NCBI GenBank assembly: GCA_963676835.2
Contig: CAXXFF010000002.1
Span: 1,856,001-1,920,000 of the forward strand
DNA from: Marispirochaeta sp.
Lineage (GTDB): Bacteria; Spirochaetota; Spirochaetia; JC444; Marispirochaetaceae
Direction of reading: 5' to 3'
DNA length: 64,000 bases
The notes under the pieces were generated by a model, which saw only the letters and a list, made by a program, of their open reading frames with translations, searched no databases and was not told the origin of the DNA. Each line of letters opens with the position of its first letter. Within the stretch, counting starts at the first letter, position 1. The translations under genes were made by a program, and so were the position numbers. Below are positions 21,076 to 30,497 of the stretch, in pieces.

Positions 21076-22245
21076 ATGAAAATTACGGAAATAGAAACTT
21101 TTATATTACGGGTACCTTTAAAAGGAAAAACCTTTCTTTCCTCCCAGTGTTCCTTCCCGGAACGTAACAGCCTTCTGGTTAAAATAACTACAGATAACGG
21201 CCATATCGGCTGGGGAGAGGGTGGCCAGTACGGACCACCGGAACCGGTTAAGGCTTGCATCGATCATGTTCTTGGCCCCCGATTGCTGGGTCAGGATCCC
21301 ATGAACCGGGTTGTGCTCTCCGAGCAGATGTATGCGGCAACTCGCGATTTTGGTCAGCGGGGGCCTTATATTGAAGGTATCAGTGCGCTGGATATTGCCA
21401 TGTGGGACATTGCCGGCAGATATCTGAATCAGCCTGTAAGCGTCCTTCTCGGCGGTGCCTACCGGGAAAGTATTTCCGCTTATGCTACAGGAGGCTACTA
21501 TCCGATTGCGGATTTTGAAGATGGAAAAGTCGACTACGAATCACTACGGTCCGAGGCTGAGGGGTATCTGAGAAAGGGCTTTACCATGATTAAAATGAAG
21601 ATAGGACTCCTGTCTCTGGAGGAAGATTATAACCGGGTTAAGACGATTCGGGATGTTGTCGGCCAGGATTTTAAAATCATGATCGACTGTAACCATGCCT
21701 ATAACGCAGCATCAGCCGCAAAAATGATCCGTCTCCTGGAGTCGCTGAAGATCGAGTTTCTGGAAGAACCTGTGCCTCCTGAGGACCTTACAGGATATTC
21801 ACGGCTCCGTGAGTGGTCTCCAATTCGTATTGCCGGGGGGGAATGTTTTTATACCGGCTACGATTTTCGTACAACTCTGGAGAAAGGGGCAGTAGATATT
21901 CTGCAGCCTGATATCTGTGTAACCGGTGGGTTTACAGAATTCTTGAAAATTCGTTCTCTCGCGTTTGTGTATAACACCATGCTAATACCCCATGTCTGGG
22001 GATCTGGAATTGCCTTTGCCGCTGCACTCCAGGCGATAAGCACAATTCCGGCGTTTCCATACACCGCTAATAATGTTCCCCTGCAGAATGTTCCCATGGT
22101 AGAATTTGATCAAAGCCCCAATCCTCTACGGGATGAACTTCTGGTGGAAAAGTTTGTATTGGAGGAGGGGAAGGTGGCGGTTCCCTGTAGAGCGGGGCTT
22201 GGAGTTACCATTGATCCGGATGTACTTGAGAAATATGCAGTGTGA
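21076..22245 (+). CDS. Mandelate racemase-subgroup enolase, D-galactarolactone cycloisomerase (Gci)-like
   Basis: RDFGQRG, AYATG, KMKIG, MIDCNHAY, EEP, GGE, PHVWGSG, EFDQSPNPLR. Confidence 0.78.
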   Translation: MKITEIETFILRVPLKGKTFLSSQCSFPERNSLLVKITTDNGHIGWGEGGQYGPPEPVKACIDHVLGPRLLGQDPMNRVVLSEQMYAATRDFGQRGPYIEGISALDIAMWDIAGRYLNQPVSVLLGGAYRESISAYATGGYYPIADFEDGKVDYESLRSEAEGYLRKGFTMIKMKIGLLSLEEDYNRVKTIRDVVGQDFKIMIDCNHAYNAASAAKMIRLLESLKIEFLEEPVPPEDLTGYSRLREWSPIRIAGGECFYTGYDFRTTLEKGAVDILQPDICVTGGFTEFLKIRSLAFVYNTMLIPHVWGSGIAFAAALQAISTIPAFPYTANNVPLQNVPMVEFDQSPNPLRDELLVEKFVLEEGKVAVPCRAGLGVTIDPDVLEKYAV

Positions 22246-22266
22246 ACGGTTATGGTTAAGCCTGGT

Positions 22267-22920
22267 CTATGACTGGTACCGGATTAATGCATCCCGGGTG
22301 TTACGGATATGCAGACGCATGGCACTCTCGGCTGCTTCCGGTCCGGTCCGCAGCCCCTGTAATATTTGAAGGTGTTCGACGTAGGATTCTTCAATCCGCT
22401 TCGGAATCAAGGCCGCATCCCTGTGCTCCTTGTCGAGAAGAGTCCGGTAGTTATTCAGAATTTCCTTTATACGCCTGTTCTGGGAGATTTCTATAATCAG
22501 GCGGTGAAGTTTTTCTCCGGCTTCTTCGGCAGCACTCTGGAAAATGGAAATTTCTGATTCAATGCGTGCGGCAGTGAACTGTACTTCAAGTTCTGCAAGC
22601 AGTTCTGGCGATAATCTTCCGGCAGACAAAGAGGCTGCCATGCCTTCAATGGCTTCACGGATCTGAAACAGCTCAATGATATCGTGTAGGCTTATCCGAC
22701 GGATGAATGCACCTTTGCGGGGAATTATCTCGACGATTCCCTCCTTCTCAAGCTGGAGAAATGCTTCCCGCACCGGAGTTCGGCTAATTTGCAGCCGGGT
22801 GGAGATTTCAACCTCGTTGAGTGGATCCCCCTGGTTCAGTTCGTTTGCCAGGTAGAGTGAGGAGAGATGGTCGTAGACCTGCTGTTTCAGGGATTGTGGC
22901 TTTCTGTTTTCAGGCAGCAT
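22267..22920 (-). CDS. GntR family regulator (FCD domain)
   Basis: ISRTPVREAF, PRKGAF, EHLQI. Confidence 0.9.
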   Translation of the reverse strand: MLPENRKPQSLKQQVYDHLSSLYLANELNQGDPLNEVEISTRLQISRTPVREAFLQLEKEGIVEIIPRKGAFIRRISLHDIIELFQIREAIEGMAASLSAGRLSPELLAELEVQFTAARIESEISIFQSAAEEAGEKLHRLIIEISQNRRIKEILNNYRTLLDKEHRDAALIPKRIEESYVEHLQILQGLRTGPEAAESAMRLHIRNTRDALIRYQS

Positions 22921-22974
22921 TTTTTCGTGTATATTCCTCTCAATCTGACATTAAAAATGCCTGATAGAAACTAT

Positions 22975-23580
22975 TTATACCACATTTGCGCGCAGAGATC
23001 GAATCGCGGCCTCAATATCACCGACTTCCACTGCTTTTAGAATATTTTGATGCTCAGTTACCCTGTGATTTAGATCACGCAAACTTGAATAGCTGGGAAT
23101 AGTCCTGTTTCGTACCATTTCCCACAGATTAAGCACATGATCTTCCGGGTGAAGAACAATAAAGAACCGGTGAAAGCTGATATCAGTTTCAATATACTCA
23201 TCCAGATTATCATTATTGGCAGCCGATTCCATCCCGGATAATATTTCTTTCCAGGCAGGAAGATAGTTTTCCTTCAGATTCTGCCATACCTTGCGAAGCA
23301 CAAACTCCTCAATTTCAAGACGAATATGAATAATAAGATCCACAACCTCCTGTTCTGGTGATCCTGCTACCTTTGTTCCTACATTGGGGGTCATTTCCAC
23401 TATGCCCTCCCGCATAAGCAGCTGCAGGGCCGCACGGATTGTCCCCCTGCTTACTTCAAAGCGGTCTGAAAGCTGCTGCTCTTTTAGCAGAGTGTTCCGC
23501 GGGAGGCTCCCGGAGAGTATCTCTATGCGTATTCTATACGCTATCTGTTCAGAGATGGTTCTGTAAATACCTCGTGCCAT
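22975..23580 (-). CDS. GntR family regulator (FCD domain)
   Basis: VSRGTIRAAL, D..FH, EHQNI. Confidence 0.88.
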   Translation of the reverse strand: MARGIYRTISEQIAYRIRIEILSGSLPRNTLLKEQQLSDRFEVSRGTIRAALQLLMREGIVEMTPNVGTKVAGSPEQEVVDLIIHIRLEIEEFVLRKVWQNLKENYLPAWKEILSGMESAANNDNLDEYIETDISFHRFFIVLHPEDHVLNLWEMVRNRTIPSYSSLRDLNHRVTEHQNILKAVEVGDIEAAIRSLRANVV

Positions 23581-23642
23581 ATAATTCCTTCCTGATGGAT
23601 TAAATTACCCTGTTAAAGCGAGGTTGTCTATCTTAATGCTAA

Positions 23643-23688
23643 TTGACAATTGTTGACAATTGACAATAGGGGCATGCTGTAATAGTAT
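23643..23688 (+). promoter_or_regulatory. Promoter with triple TTGACAAT repeat (putative GntR operator)
   Basis: TTGACAAT at 23643, 23653 and 23660; TTGACA(23660)-N17-TAGTAT(23683). Confidence 0.65.
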
Positions 23689-23717
23689 TTCCTGAGAACA
23701 AACTAAGGAGATAAACT

Positions 23718-24863
23718 ATGAAAATTGTAAGTGTTGAGGCATTCCCTGTGGAATTTCCCCTGAAGGTTCCTTCCCGGGATGCCACCGGAATATGGAACAG
23801 CTGGAATACGGTTATTATTAAAATCACCGCAGCTGATGGAACCTGCGGCTACGGAGAAGCTGGCCCTATACACGGCGGTGGAATCCCCATTTTCACAGCC
23901 ATTGTTGAGCACAGACTGGCTGGGCTTCTCTTGGGGGAAAACCCTTTTGACCGAGAGCGGATCTATGAAAAACTTCTCGGCAGAGGATCAGGTGCCTATG
24001 CTCTCGGTCAAAAAGGAGCTATTGTCACCGCAATAGCTGGAGTAGATATTGCTTTGTGGGACCTCACTGGAAAGATCCTGAAAACACCGGTCTACAACCT
24101 TCTCGGAGGCTGTGTTTATGAAAAAATTCCCGCATATGCCTCTGGTTTCTTTGGCAAAGACGGGAGGGCGCTTACTGCGGAAGAGTGCGCAGAAGAAGCC
24201 AGGTGTTATGTTGATCAGGGGTTCAAAGGTGTTAAGATGAAGGTCGGTTTCGGGCGGGATCGCGACCTTAAGAACCTGGCAGCAGTTCGTAAAGCTCTGG
24301 GACCGGATCTGGGCATTATGGTGGATGCCAACCAGAGCTATTCTTATCATGATGTTCTGAAAACAGCCAATGAGCTTGCAGCATTTGATCTTACTTTTCT
24401 TGAAGAACCTCTTCCCATTAACGATCTGGATGGTATGGCATCCCTGGTGCAGAATACTGCAACCCCCATCGCTGCAGGCGAGAATTATTATACCCGGTAC
24501 GAGTTTCGGGAAGTGATAGCACGACGAGCAGTAAATATTATTCAGCCGGATATTATTCATGCCGGAGGTATCGCAGAAACAAAAAAGGTCGCATCCATGG
24601 CACTGGCCCATAATATACCCCTGGCGCCTCACATTCATGCGACAGTCGGTGTCCCTGCAAGCATCCATCTACTTGCCTCATGTTCAAATACTCTCGCCGC
24701 GGAATATATTACCTCCGGCGGTTCCTATGACCTGCGGCTTGCCATGTTCGGAGATTGCTGCCTTGTGGATAAAGACGGATATGTTCCCGTACCTCAGGAG
24801 CCGGGGCTTGGCATACGGATGAACGAGGAGATCTTTGAAAGATTTAGGCCGAAGAAAAAATAG
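23718..24863 (+). CDS. Mandelate racemase/MLE family enolase-superfamily enzyme
   Basis: DIALWDL.GK, KMKVG, MVDAN, EEP, AGEN, PHIH, PGLG. Confidence 0.88.
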   Translation: MKIVSVEAFPVEFPLKVPSRDATGIWNSWNTVIIKITAADGTCGYGEAGPIHGGGIPIFTAIVEHRLAGLLLGENPFDRERIYEKLLGRGSGAYALGQKGAIVTAIAGVDIALWDLTGKILKTPVYNLLGGCVYEKIPAYASGFFGKDGRALTAEECAEEARCYVDQGFKGVKMKVGFGRDRDLKNLAAVRKALGPDLGIMVDANQSYSYHDVLKTANELAAFDLTFLEEPLPINDLDGMASLVQNTATPIAAGENYYTRYEFREVIARRAVNIIQPDIIHAGGIAETKKVASMALAHNIPLAPHIHATVGVPASIHLLASCSNTLAAEYITSGGSYDLRLAMFGDCCLVDKDGYVPVPQEPGLGIRMNEEIFERFRPKKK

Positions 24864-24916
24864 CTGGTAATCAATATTGCTGATAAAAAGGTTCAACTCT
24901 TAGCACTGGAATGATC

Positions 24917-25204
24917 GGCCAGCGGTTTGCGAAGCAACACCGCGAGCCCGAGATTGTGGCAGGGTTTTCTGAAGGAAAATCCCGAGAACAAGCGAAGGAA
25001 GCCCGACTACAAAAAAAGCCCCATTCTTTCGAATGGAACAAAAACTGAAGCCGAAGGGCTGGGCCAGCGGTTTGCCGAAGGCAACACCGCGAGCCGAGTC
25101 AACGGCAGGGTTTTCCCGGAGGGAAAATCCCGAGAGTTGACGAAGAAGCCCGAAAAAGAAAAGGGTTCCGCTCTTTCGAACGGAACCCTTTTCTTTTTCG
25201 GGCT
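24917..25204. repeat. Two diverged tandem units (about 145-bp period) of a structured repeat downstream of tRNA-Pro
   Basis: GGCCAGCGGTTTGC..GCAACACCGCGAGCC..GGCAGGGTTTTC..GGAAAATCCCGAGA..GAAGCCCGA at 24917 and 25062. Confidence 0.85.
25147..25204 (-). terminator. 24-bp perfect inverted repeat at the tRNA 3' end
   Basis: AGCCCGAAAAAGAAAAGGGTTCCG / 10-nt loop / CGGAACCCTTTTCTTTTTCGGGCT. Confidence 0.75.
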
Positions 25205-25271
25205 GGGCGGATTTGAACCGCCGACCCCTTGTCCCCCAGACAAGTACGCTAAACCACTGCGCTACAGCCCG
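25198..25271 (-). tRNA. tRNA-Pro (anticodon GGG), CCA not encoded
   Basis: CGGGCTG acceptor stem; TAGCGCAGTGGTTTAGCG D-arm; CTTGT-CTGGGGG-ACAAG anticodon arm; GGCGGTTCAAATCCGCC T-arm. Confidence 0.95.
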
Positions 25272-25282
25272 ATGTGAGCACC

Positions 25283-25312
25283 AAAATAGCACAATGGCAG
25301 AAGGAATGTCAA
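25283..25312 (-). promoter_or_regulatory. Promoter of tRNA-Pro
   Basis: Minus strand TTGACA-N18-TATTTT with extended -10 TG. Confidence 0.6.
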
Positions 25313-25422
25313 CTCATTACAGCAGGCAAATTGTATCTCCCTTCTTCCTGACTTTTTACCTTTGTCTTTACCTCAGAAGAGTATACTGGTAGACTTTGGT
25401 TTAACCTGAATGGGAGAAAAGT

Positions 25423-26598
25423 ATGTCCCGTAAATATGTTGATTTCCTTCAAACCGTTTCATTTTTCAGTCACCTGGATACCCAATATCTTGAAGAACTT
25501 GCCCGCTACTGCCGGGAGACCATATACAAGCCGGGAGAGCTGATTTTCCGGGAAGGGGATATTGCCGACCGCTTTTTTATTCTCATGGAAGGCCAGGTTG
25601 AGGTCTGGAAGAATTACGACAGCCCCAGTGCGGATCTGCTTACAGTCCATGGTCCGGGTAAACCCTTCGGCGAAATGGCGCTTGTTGATTCTCTTCCCCG
25701 GTATGCCACCCTCAGAGCCCGGGTTGAATCAACTACCCTGGCTGTGCATGAAGATGACTTTATGACCCTTATTAGTGAGAACTCCGCGGTGGCCCTTGCT
25801 GTTATCAGGTCTCTTTCGGCCATGGTGCGGAGATCTAACGACAGTCTTCTTGAAGACCTCAAAAACCGTAACCAGGAGCTGGAATTCGCAGTTCGGGAAC
25901 TCAGAGAAGCCCAGGATCAGCTTATCCGGCAGGAACGCTTAAGCAACCTGGGGAAGTTCTCATCCATGATTCTCCACGATATCCGTAACCCTATTTCCAT
26001 TGTTCAGGGCTACGCCGAAATCCTCAAAAGGTCTGAAGATCTTCCTGAAAAATATATCGAATATGCGGAGAATATCATCAGTGAGTCCGACCGGCTGGCA
26101 GGGCTTGCCAATGAGTTTCTGGACTATTCCAGAGGGGAAATCCGCCTTGATTTTTCTCCTGTAGAGCTGGAACCCTTTATTCATAAGCTTGAATCGGTGG
26201 TGCGGCGCCGTTTTGGTTCCAAAAAAGCCGAGCTTAAGTTTGAGGTTGAGGGAATCCGCACTGCAATATTTGATTCAGCCCGTATTTTTCGGGTGCTGGT
26301 TAATCTCACAGAAAATGCCCGTAAAGCCATGAGCCGGGAAGGGGAGCTTCTCGTACGCTTCGATACCACCGATGAGTCTTTAAGGATTCTGGTTAAAGAT
26401 TCAGGCGAAGGGATGAGCGAAGAGGTTGTAAAGCATGTGTTTGAGCCCTTCTATTCTTCATCCAGTCAGGGGGGAACCGGCCTTGGTATGCTTATCGTAA
26501 AGAATATTATCGATGCCCATCATGGGGATATCCTTATCTCATCCACCCCTGGTGAAGGTACGGAAATCACCATCCATCTCCCCTTGAGAAAGGTATAG
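25423..26598 (+). CDS. Cyclic-nucleotide-binding domain plus histidine kinase (cytoplasmic sensor kinase)
   Basis: IFREGD, FGEMAL..PRYAT; H-box ILHDIRNP; N box NLTENA; DSGEG, FEPF, GTGLG. Confidence 0.9.
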   Translation: MSRKYVDFLQTVSFFSHLDTQYLEELARYCRETIYKPGELIFREGDIADRFFILMEGQVEVWKNYDSPSADLLTVHGPGKPFGEMALVDSLPRYATLRARVESTTLAVHEDDFMTLISENSAVALAVIRSLSAMVRRSNDSLLEDLKNRNQELEFAVRELREAQDQLIRQERLSNLGKFSSMILHDIRNPISIVQGYAEILKRSEDLPEKYIEYAENIISESDRLAGLANEFLDYSRGEIRLDFSPVELEPFIHKLESVVRRRFGSKKAELKFEVEGIRTAIFDSARIFRVLVNLTENARKAMSREGELLVRFDTTDESLRILVKDSGEGMSEEVVKHVFEPFYSSSSQGGTGLGMLIVKNIIDAHHGDILISSTPGEGTEITIHLPLRKV

Positions 26599-26600
26599 CA

Positions 26601-27521
26601 ATGGCTAAGAAGAACAGTAACCAGCCTCTGTTGATTCTTGTTGGCGGGCTTGTCCTGGTGCTGGCCATGATAACCGGTTTGACCAATGTTGATGTCGATT
26701 CCATGCTAGACAGCATAACCAGTACTATAAGTGAAGCTGCAGGGGGGAGTTCCGGAAACAGTTCGGAAAATGTTGACCGGGGTAAGAGTTCAGACCTGTC
26801 CGGTTCTCTTGGTGATGATATTGCTGCCTTTCTCAAAAATCCCGAATCCCTTGCTCTGCCTCCGGAACTTCCGGGCGTACTGCTTACCCGGGAAGGATTT
26901 ATCGTTGTCTACAGTATGGATTATATGGTGCCGCTGTGGGTTGGCTATGAGCTGACCGGGGAGGAGGTGGAAGGGGATCTTCCTCGTGAGGATGGTTTCC
27001 GGAAGGATCCTGAACTTGGTTCTGACGCACCTTCTTCTGCGGATTATACCGGTACAGGTTATGACCGGGGCCATATGATTCCCGCAGCGGATGCTAAATG
27101 GTCACAGGACGCCATGGAAGACAGTTTTCTCATGTCAAATGTAGTGCCGCAGATTCCCGAACTAAACAGGGGAAGCTGGAAAGATCTGGAAGAAGCAATA
27201 CGAAATCTGGCTCTTGATGAGAAGTCTCTTATTGTAATCACCGGACCGGTTATTGCAGATAAAGAATATCCTGTACTCGGTGATTCCGGAGTTATTGTTC
27301 CCGAGTATTTCTTTAAAGTAATTCTGGACTACTCCGAACCCGGAGTTTCCGCCTGGGGATTTATATTCCCCAACAGGGAAGAGGCTCTGGAAGGCCGGAA
27401 ATACTCGGATTTTATGTTTTCTATTGATCAGGTAGAACAGTACACCGGCTACGATTTCTTTGCTCCCCTCCCGGACGAAATGGAAGATGCCCTGGAGAAG
27501 AGCAAAGGTCCTGTATTCTAA
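26601..27521 (+). CDS. Membrane-anchored DNA/RNA non-specific endonuclease (NucA/EndA family)
   Basis: DRGHMIPAAD, MSNVVPQ..LN..SW..LE; N-terminal TM segment. Confidence 0.9.
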   Translation: MAKKNSNQPLLILVGGLVLVLAMITGLTNVDVDSMLDSITSTISEAAGGSSGNSSENVDRGKSSDLSGSLGDDIAAFLKNPESLALPPELPGVLLTREGFIVVYSMDYMVPLWVGYELTGEEVEGDLPREDGFRKDPELGSDAPSSADYTGTGYDRGHMIPAADAKWSQDAMEDSFLMSNVVPQIPELNRGSWKDLEEAIRNLALDEKSLIVITGPVIADKEYPVLGDSGVIVPEYFFKVILDYSEPGVSAWGFIFPNREEALEGRKYSDFMFSIDQVEQYTGYDFFAPLPDEMEDALEKSKGPVF

Positions 27522-30325
27522 TTTTCCGGCAACTGTCGCAGCTGAATCAGATTGTCCGTGTCAAGCATTGCGGCAGCAGTCCGCCGGACAGAATCGGCAT
27601 CAACTATAGAACGGTATTCTTCCGGGGTAAGCAGATCTTCCGGGTTTCGCCCTTCTTTAAAGGCGGATTCAAAGAAACCGGTCCAGAAGCTGTTCTGTTC
27701 CAGCTGTTCTTCGTAGGAACGCATGTATGCCTCTTCCACGTTGTTAACAAAGCGTTCCTCCGGTCCCTGTTCAGCAAGTTCCTCACAGACCGCAAGCACT
27801 GCCTGTGTCAGTTCCTCCACCCGGTCCGGATCAGAACCGAAATATATTCCCGCCTCTGTGTATTCATAGGGAACAGTATGTAGATCTGCCCAGGCGGAAA
27901 TACTGTAGGTTCCTCCCATCTCCTCCCGTATTCGTTCTCCCAGAATGTTATCCAGAATGGAAGCTGTTGCGCTTATAAGCACTGCCTTTTCCGGCGTCCA
28001 TGTATCCTGGTAGTTGAACATCAAAAGCTGGGTTGCCTGGTTTTCTATTCCCTTTTGTATTGTCTCTGCCACAGGACGTTCTACAGGGCGGATTCCGTTA
28101 TCCTGTACATTTTCCCGTTTGTGCGAAGCGGGCAGCGCTGCCAGATAGATTTCCGCCAGCTTTCGCACTGTCTGTAGGTCGGTGTCCCCGGTGACTATTA
28201 CGGTAAAATCCCCGGCATTGGCAAAACGGTCGTTGTAGACCTGTTCTGCAGTATTCAGGTCCATTTCCGACACTTTTTCCAGTGTAAAGGGCTCTCTTCT
28301 TGGGCTTCCACTGCTGAGGATCTGTGTGAGGGTGTCCGAAAAAAGGGTACGGGGAGATTTGTCGCGGTTGGATACAGAGGCGGCTATCCGGGACTGTACC
28401 GATTGGAATGCTTCCTGATCAAAGCGCGGCGCAGTAAACGCCAGATGAATCAGCTGAAACAGATATTCAAGATCTTTTGTAGAGGATGATCCGCTAAAGC
28501 CTTCGTAATAGGCACCTATATAGCTGGAGAACTCGGCATCCTTGTCGGCAAGAAACTTGTCCAGTTCCTGGGCGGTAAAATCTCCCAGGCCGCTCTCTTT
28601 CTGAATCAGTACTGCCGTGCGTGCTGCGGTCAGTTCCTCCAGGGGCAGCAGGCTTTCTCCTCCGGGACTGAAGGCAGAGAGAATGACCCGGTTGGTGTCA
28701 AAATCGGTCTGCTTAAAGCCCAGGCGCAGACCATTGGACAGGGTCAGCAGGCTCATATCCACCGCGGGATAGTATTCTTCAGAAACAATCGAGCCCGGTG
28801 CGGGCAGCGCGGGAACAAGCTCCGAGGCTATGGCTTCTTCGCTGTAGGGGGGAACATTCAGGCTGGCTGTTTCTTTCCTTATGCTGCGGATATCTTCTGC
28901 AGTAGGGGGGGCCTCACCTTCGGGCAGGATCAGGCTGATCAGGGTGCCCTGTGAAGGAAAGAACTCGGCGGTCAGTCCCTCTACTTCATTGAGACTGACC
29001 AGGGGAATCTCCGTCATAAAGAGATTGTGTTCATATTCAATTCCGGGCATTCCGGTTTTTTCAAGATAGTAGTCCCCGATCTCTTTCACGATACTGGAGG
29101 ACTGCCGGTTTTCCCGTTCCAGCCAGGCGTTTTCAATAGCCTTGAGCACCCGGGCCTTTTCTCTGTCCAGTTCGCTTTGGGTAAAGCCGTGAAGCTGTAC
29201 CCTCCGTACTTCGGTCAGCAGCTCCTTCAATGACCGGAGTAGAGTCTCTCCCGGGGCTCTGGCAGAAAGATAGCTCAGCTCAACCGGCCGGAGGTAGCGG
29301 TAGTTGGTTCCGCCTGCCCGCAGAAAAGGAGGCTCCACCTCTTTCGTGCGGTCTTCAAGGCGGGAGTTGAGCATGTTCCAGAAGAGAATTTCCCGTATGG
29401 TCTGCTGATAATCCTCTCTTGTTTCGAGCTGCCGGGGCTCCATGGGAGTAAGCAGTTCGGCTCTTCCCATGGTCAGTTCCGGATCGGTAAGAACGATTTC
29501 CCGGTTTTCCGATATAAAGGGAACAGAGTATTCCGGCCGTTTTTCGGCATTTTCGGGTGCCGGATAATCAAATGCATTGCGGATAAGCTCTTCTGCCTTT
29601 TCCGAACTGATATCACCGGCTACGGCGACAGCCATGTTGGCTGGAATATACCAGGTGGAATAAAAGTCCCTGATGCGCTCGGCCGGGGTATTCATTACAT
29701 CTTCCATATCGCCGATGGGCTTCCGCTCTGCATAACGGGAGCCTTTTAGCAGTTCCGCTATCTGTTTGTCCCGGATTCGTGCCTCGGCACTGCGCCGGAG
29801 CCTCCACTCTTCCCTGACAACAAGTCGTTCATCATCAATGGCTTTCTCCTCAAGCAGAAGGCCATTTGCCCAGTCCCTCAGCACGATAAAGGCTTTTTCT
29901 ACGGCTTCAGGATTATCCGCCGGGAGTTCCAGCTGATAGACGGTTTCATCATAGGTGGTATATGCATTCAAATCCGGACCAAATTCCATGCCCTGGGCTT
30001 CAAGAAACTCTTCAAGGTGATTTGCAGCAAAGTGTTCACTGCCGTTAAAAGCCATATGTTCCAACAGGTGAGCGATCCCTTCCTGATCGTCATCTTCCAG
30101 GATGGAACCGGCATTAACAAATAGTCTGAGAACTATGCGGTTTTCCGGTTCATGGTTTTCGCGGATAAAGTAGGTAAGGCCGTTGGCAAGGGTTCCCCGG
30201 CTTACCTGGGGATCAAAGGGAAGGGGAGTTGTGTCATGTGGTTGAAGACCGGCACAGCTGCCGGCAAGGATAACCAGTAGTACGGCGGCTGCCGCGGTAA
30301 ACAGTACTTTTGGCAGTTTTACCAT
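27518..30325 (-). CDS. M16 family zinc protease (PqqL-like), lipoprotein
   Basis: HLLEH inverzincin motif, LNAYT, lipobox LAGSC, duplicated M16 halves. Confidence 0.9.
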   Translation of the reverse strand: MVKLPKVLFTAAAAVLLVILAGSCAGLQPHDTTPLPFDPQVSRGTLANGLTYFIRENHEPENRIVLRLFVNAGSILEDDDQEGIAHLLEHMAFNGSEHFAANHLEEFLEAQGMEFGPDLNAYTTYDETVYQLELPADNPEAVEKAFIVLRDWANGLLLEEKAIDDERLVVREEWRLRRSAEARIRDKQIAELLKGSRYAERKPIGDMEDVMNTPAERIRDFYSTWYIPANMAVAVAGDISSEKAEELIRNAFDYPAPENAEKRPEYSVPFISENREIVLTDPELTMGRAELLTPMEPRQLETREDYQQTIREILFWNMLNSRLEDRTKEVEPPFLRAGGTNYRYLRPVELSYLSARAPGETLLRSLKELLTEVRRVQLHGFTQSELDREKARVLKAIENAWLERENRQSSSIVKEIGDYYLEKTGMPGIEYEHNLFMTEIPLVSLNEVEGLTAEFFPSQGTLISLILPEGEAPPTAEDIRSIRKETASLNVPPYSEEAIASELVPALPAPGSIVSEEYYPAVDMSLLTLSNGLRLGFKQTDFDTNRVILSAFSPGGESLLPLEELTAARTAVLIQKESGLGDFTAQELDKFLADKDAEFSSYIGAYYEGFSGSSSTKDLEYLFQLIHLAFTAPRFDQEAFQSVQSRIAASVSNRDKSPRTLFSDTLTQILSSGSPRREPFTLEKVSEMDLNTAEQVYNDRFANAGDFTVIVTGDTDLQTVRKLAEIYLAALPASHKRENVQDNGIRPVERPVAETIQKGIENQATQLLMFNYQDTWTPEKAVLISATASILDNILGERIREEMGGTYSISAWADLHTVPYEYTEAGIYFGSDPDRVEELTQAVLAVCEELAEQGPEERFVNNVEEAYMRSYEEQLEQNSFWTGFFESAFKEGRNPEDLLTPEEYRSIVDADSVRRTAAAMLDTDNLIQLRQLPEN

Positions 30326-30437
30326 AAAGGGACTCCTGAAATAATTCCTTCGCAATTAGAAAGGTAACACCAATGGGGTAAATAGCCAACAGCTGTTTTT
30401 ATGCGGCAAAAGGTAGAACTCTGCTATTTCAGGCAAA

Positions 30438-30478
30438 AAAATGTCCCTGCTGGCTGTAAAGCACCGCAGGGACATTTC
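30438..30478 (-). terminator. Rho-independent terminator after asd
   Basis: AAATGTCCCTGC...GCAGGGACATTT with an adjacent A-run. Confidence 0.6.
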
Positions 30479-30497
30479 CATTTTTCGATGGAAAATT

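Noticed and set aside
24900..25292. ORFs across the tRNA and repeat region (also 20553-20864, 42197-42588)
   Set aside because: They are translations of tRNA and structured repeats.
26601..27521. Anti-phage defence nuclease
   Set aside because: Ordinary membrane-anchored NucA/EndA family protein in a housekeeping block, with no defence partners.
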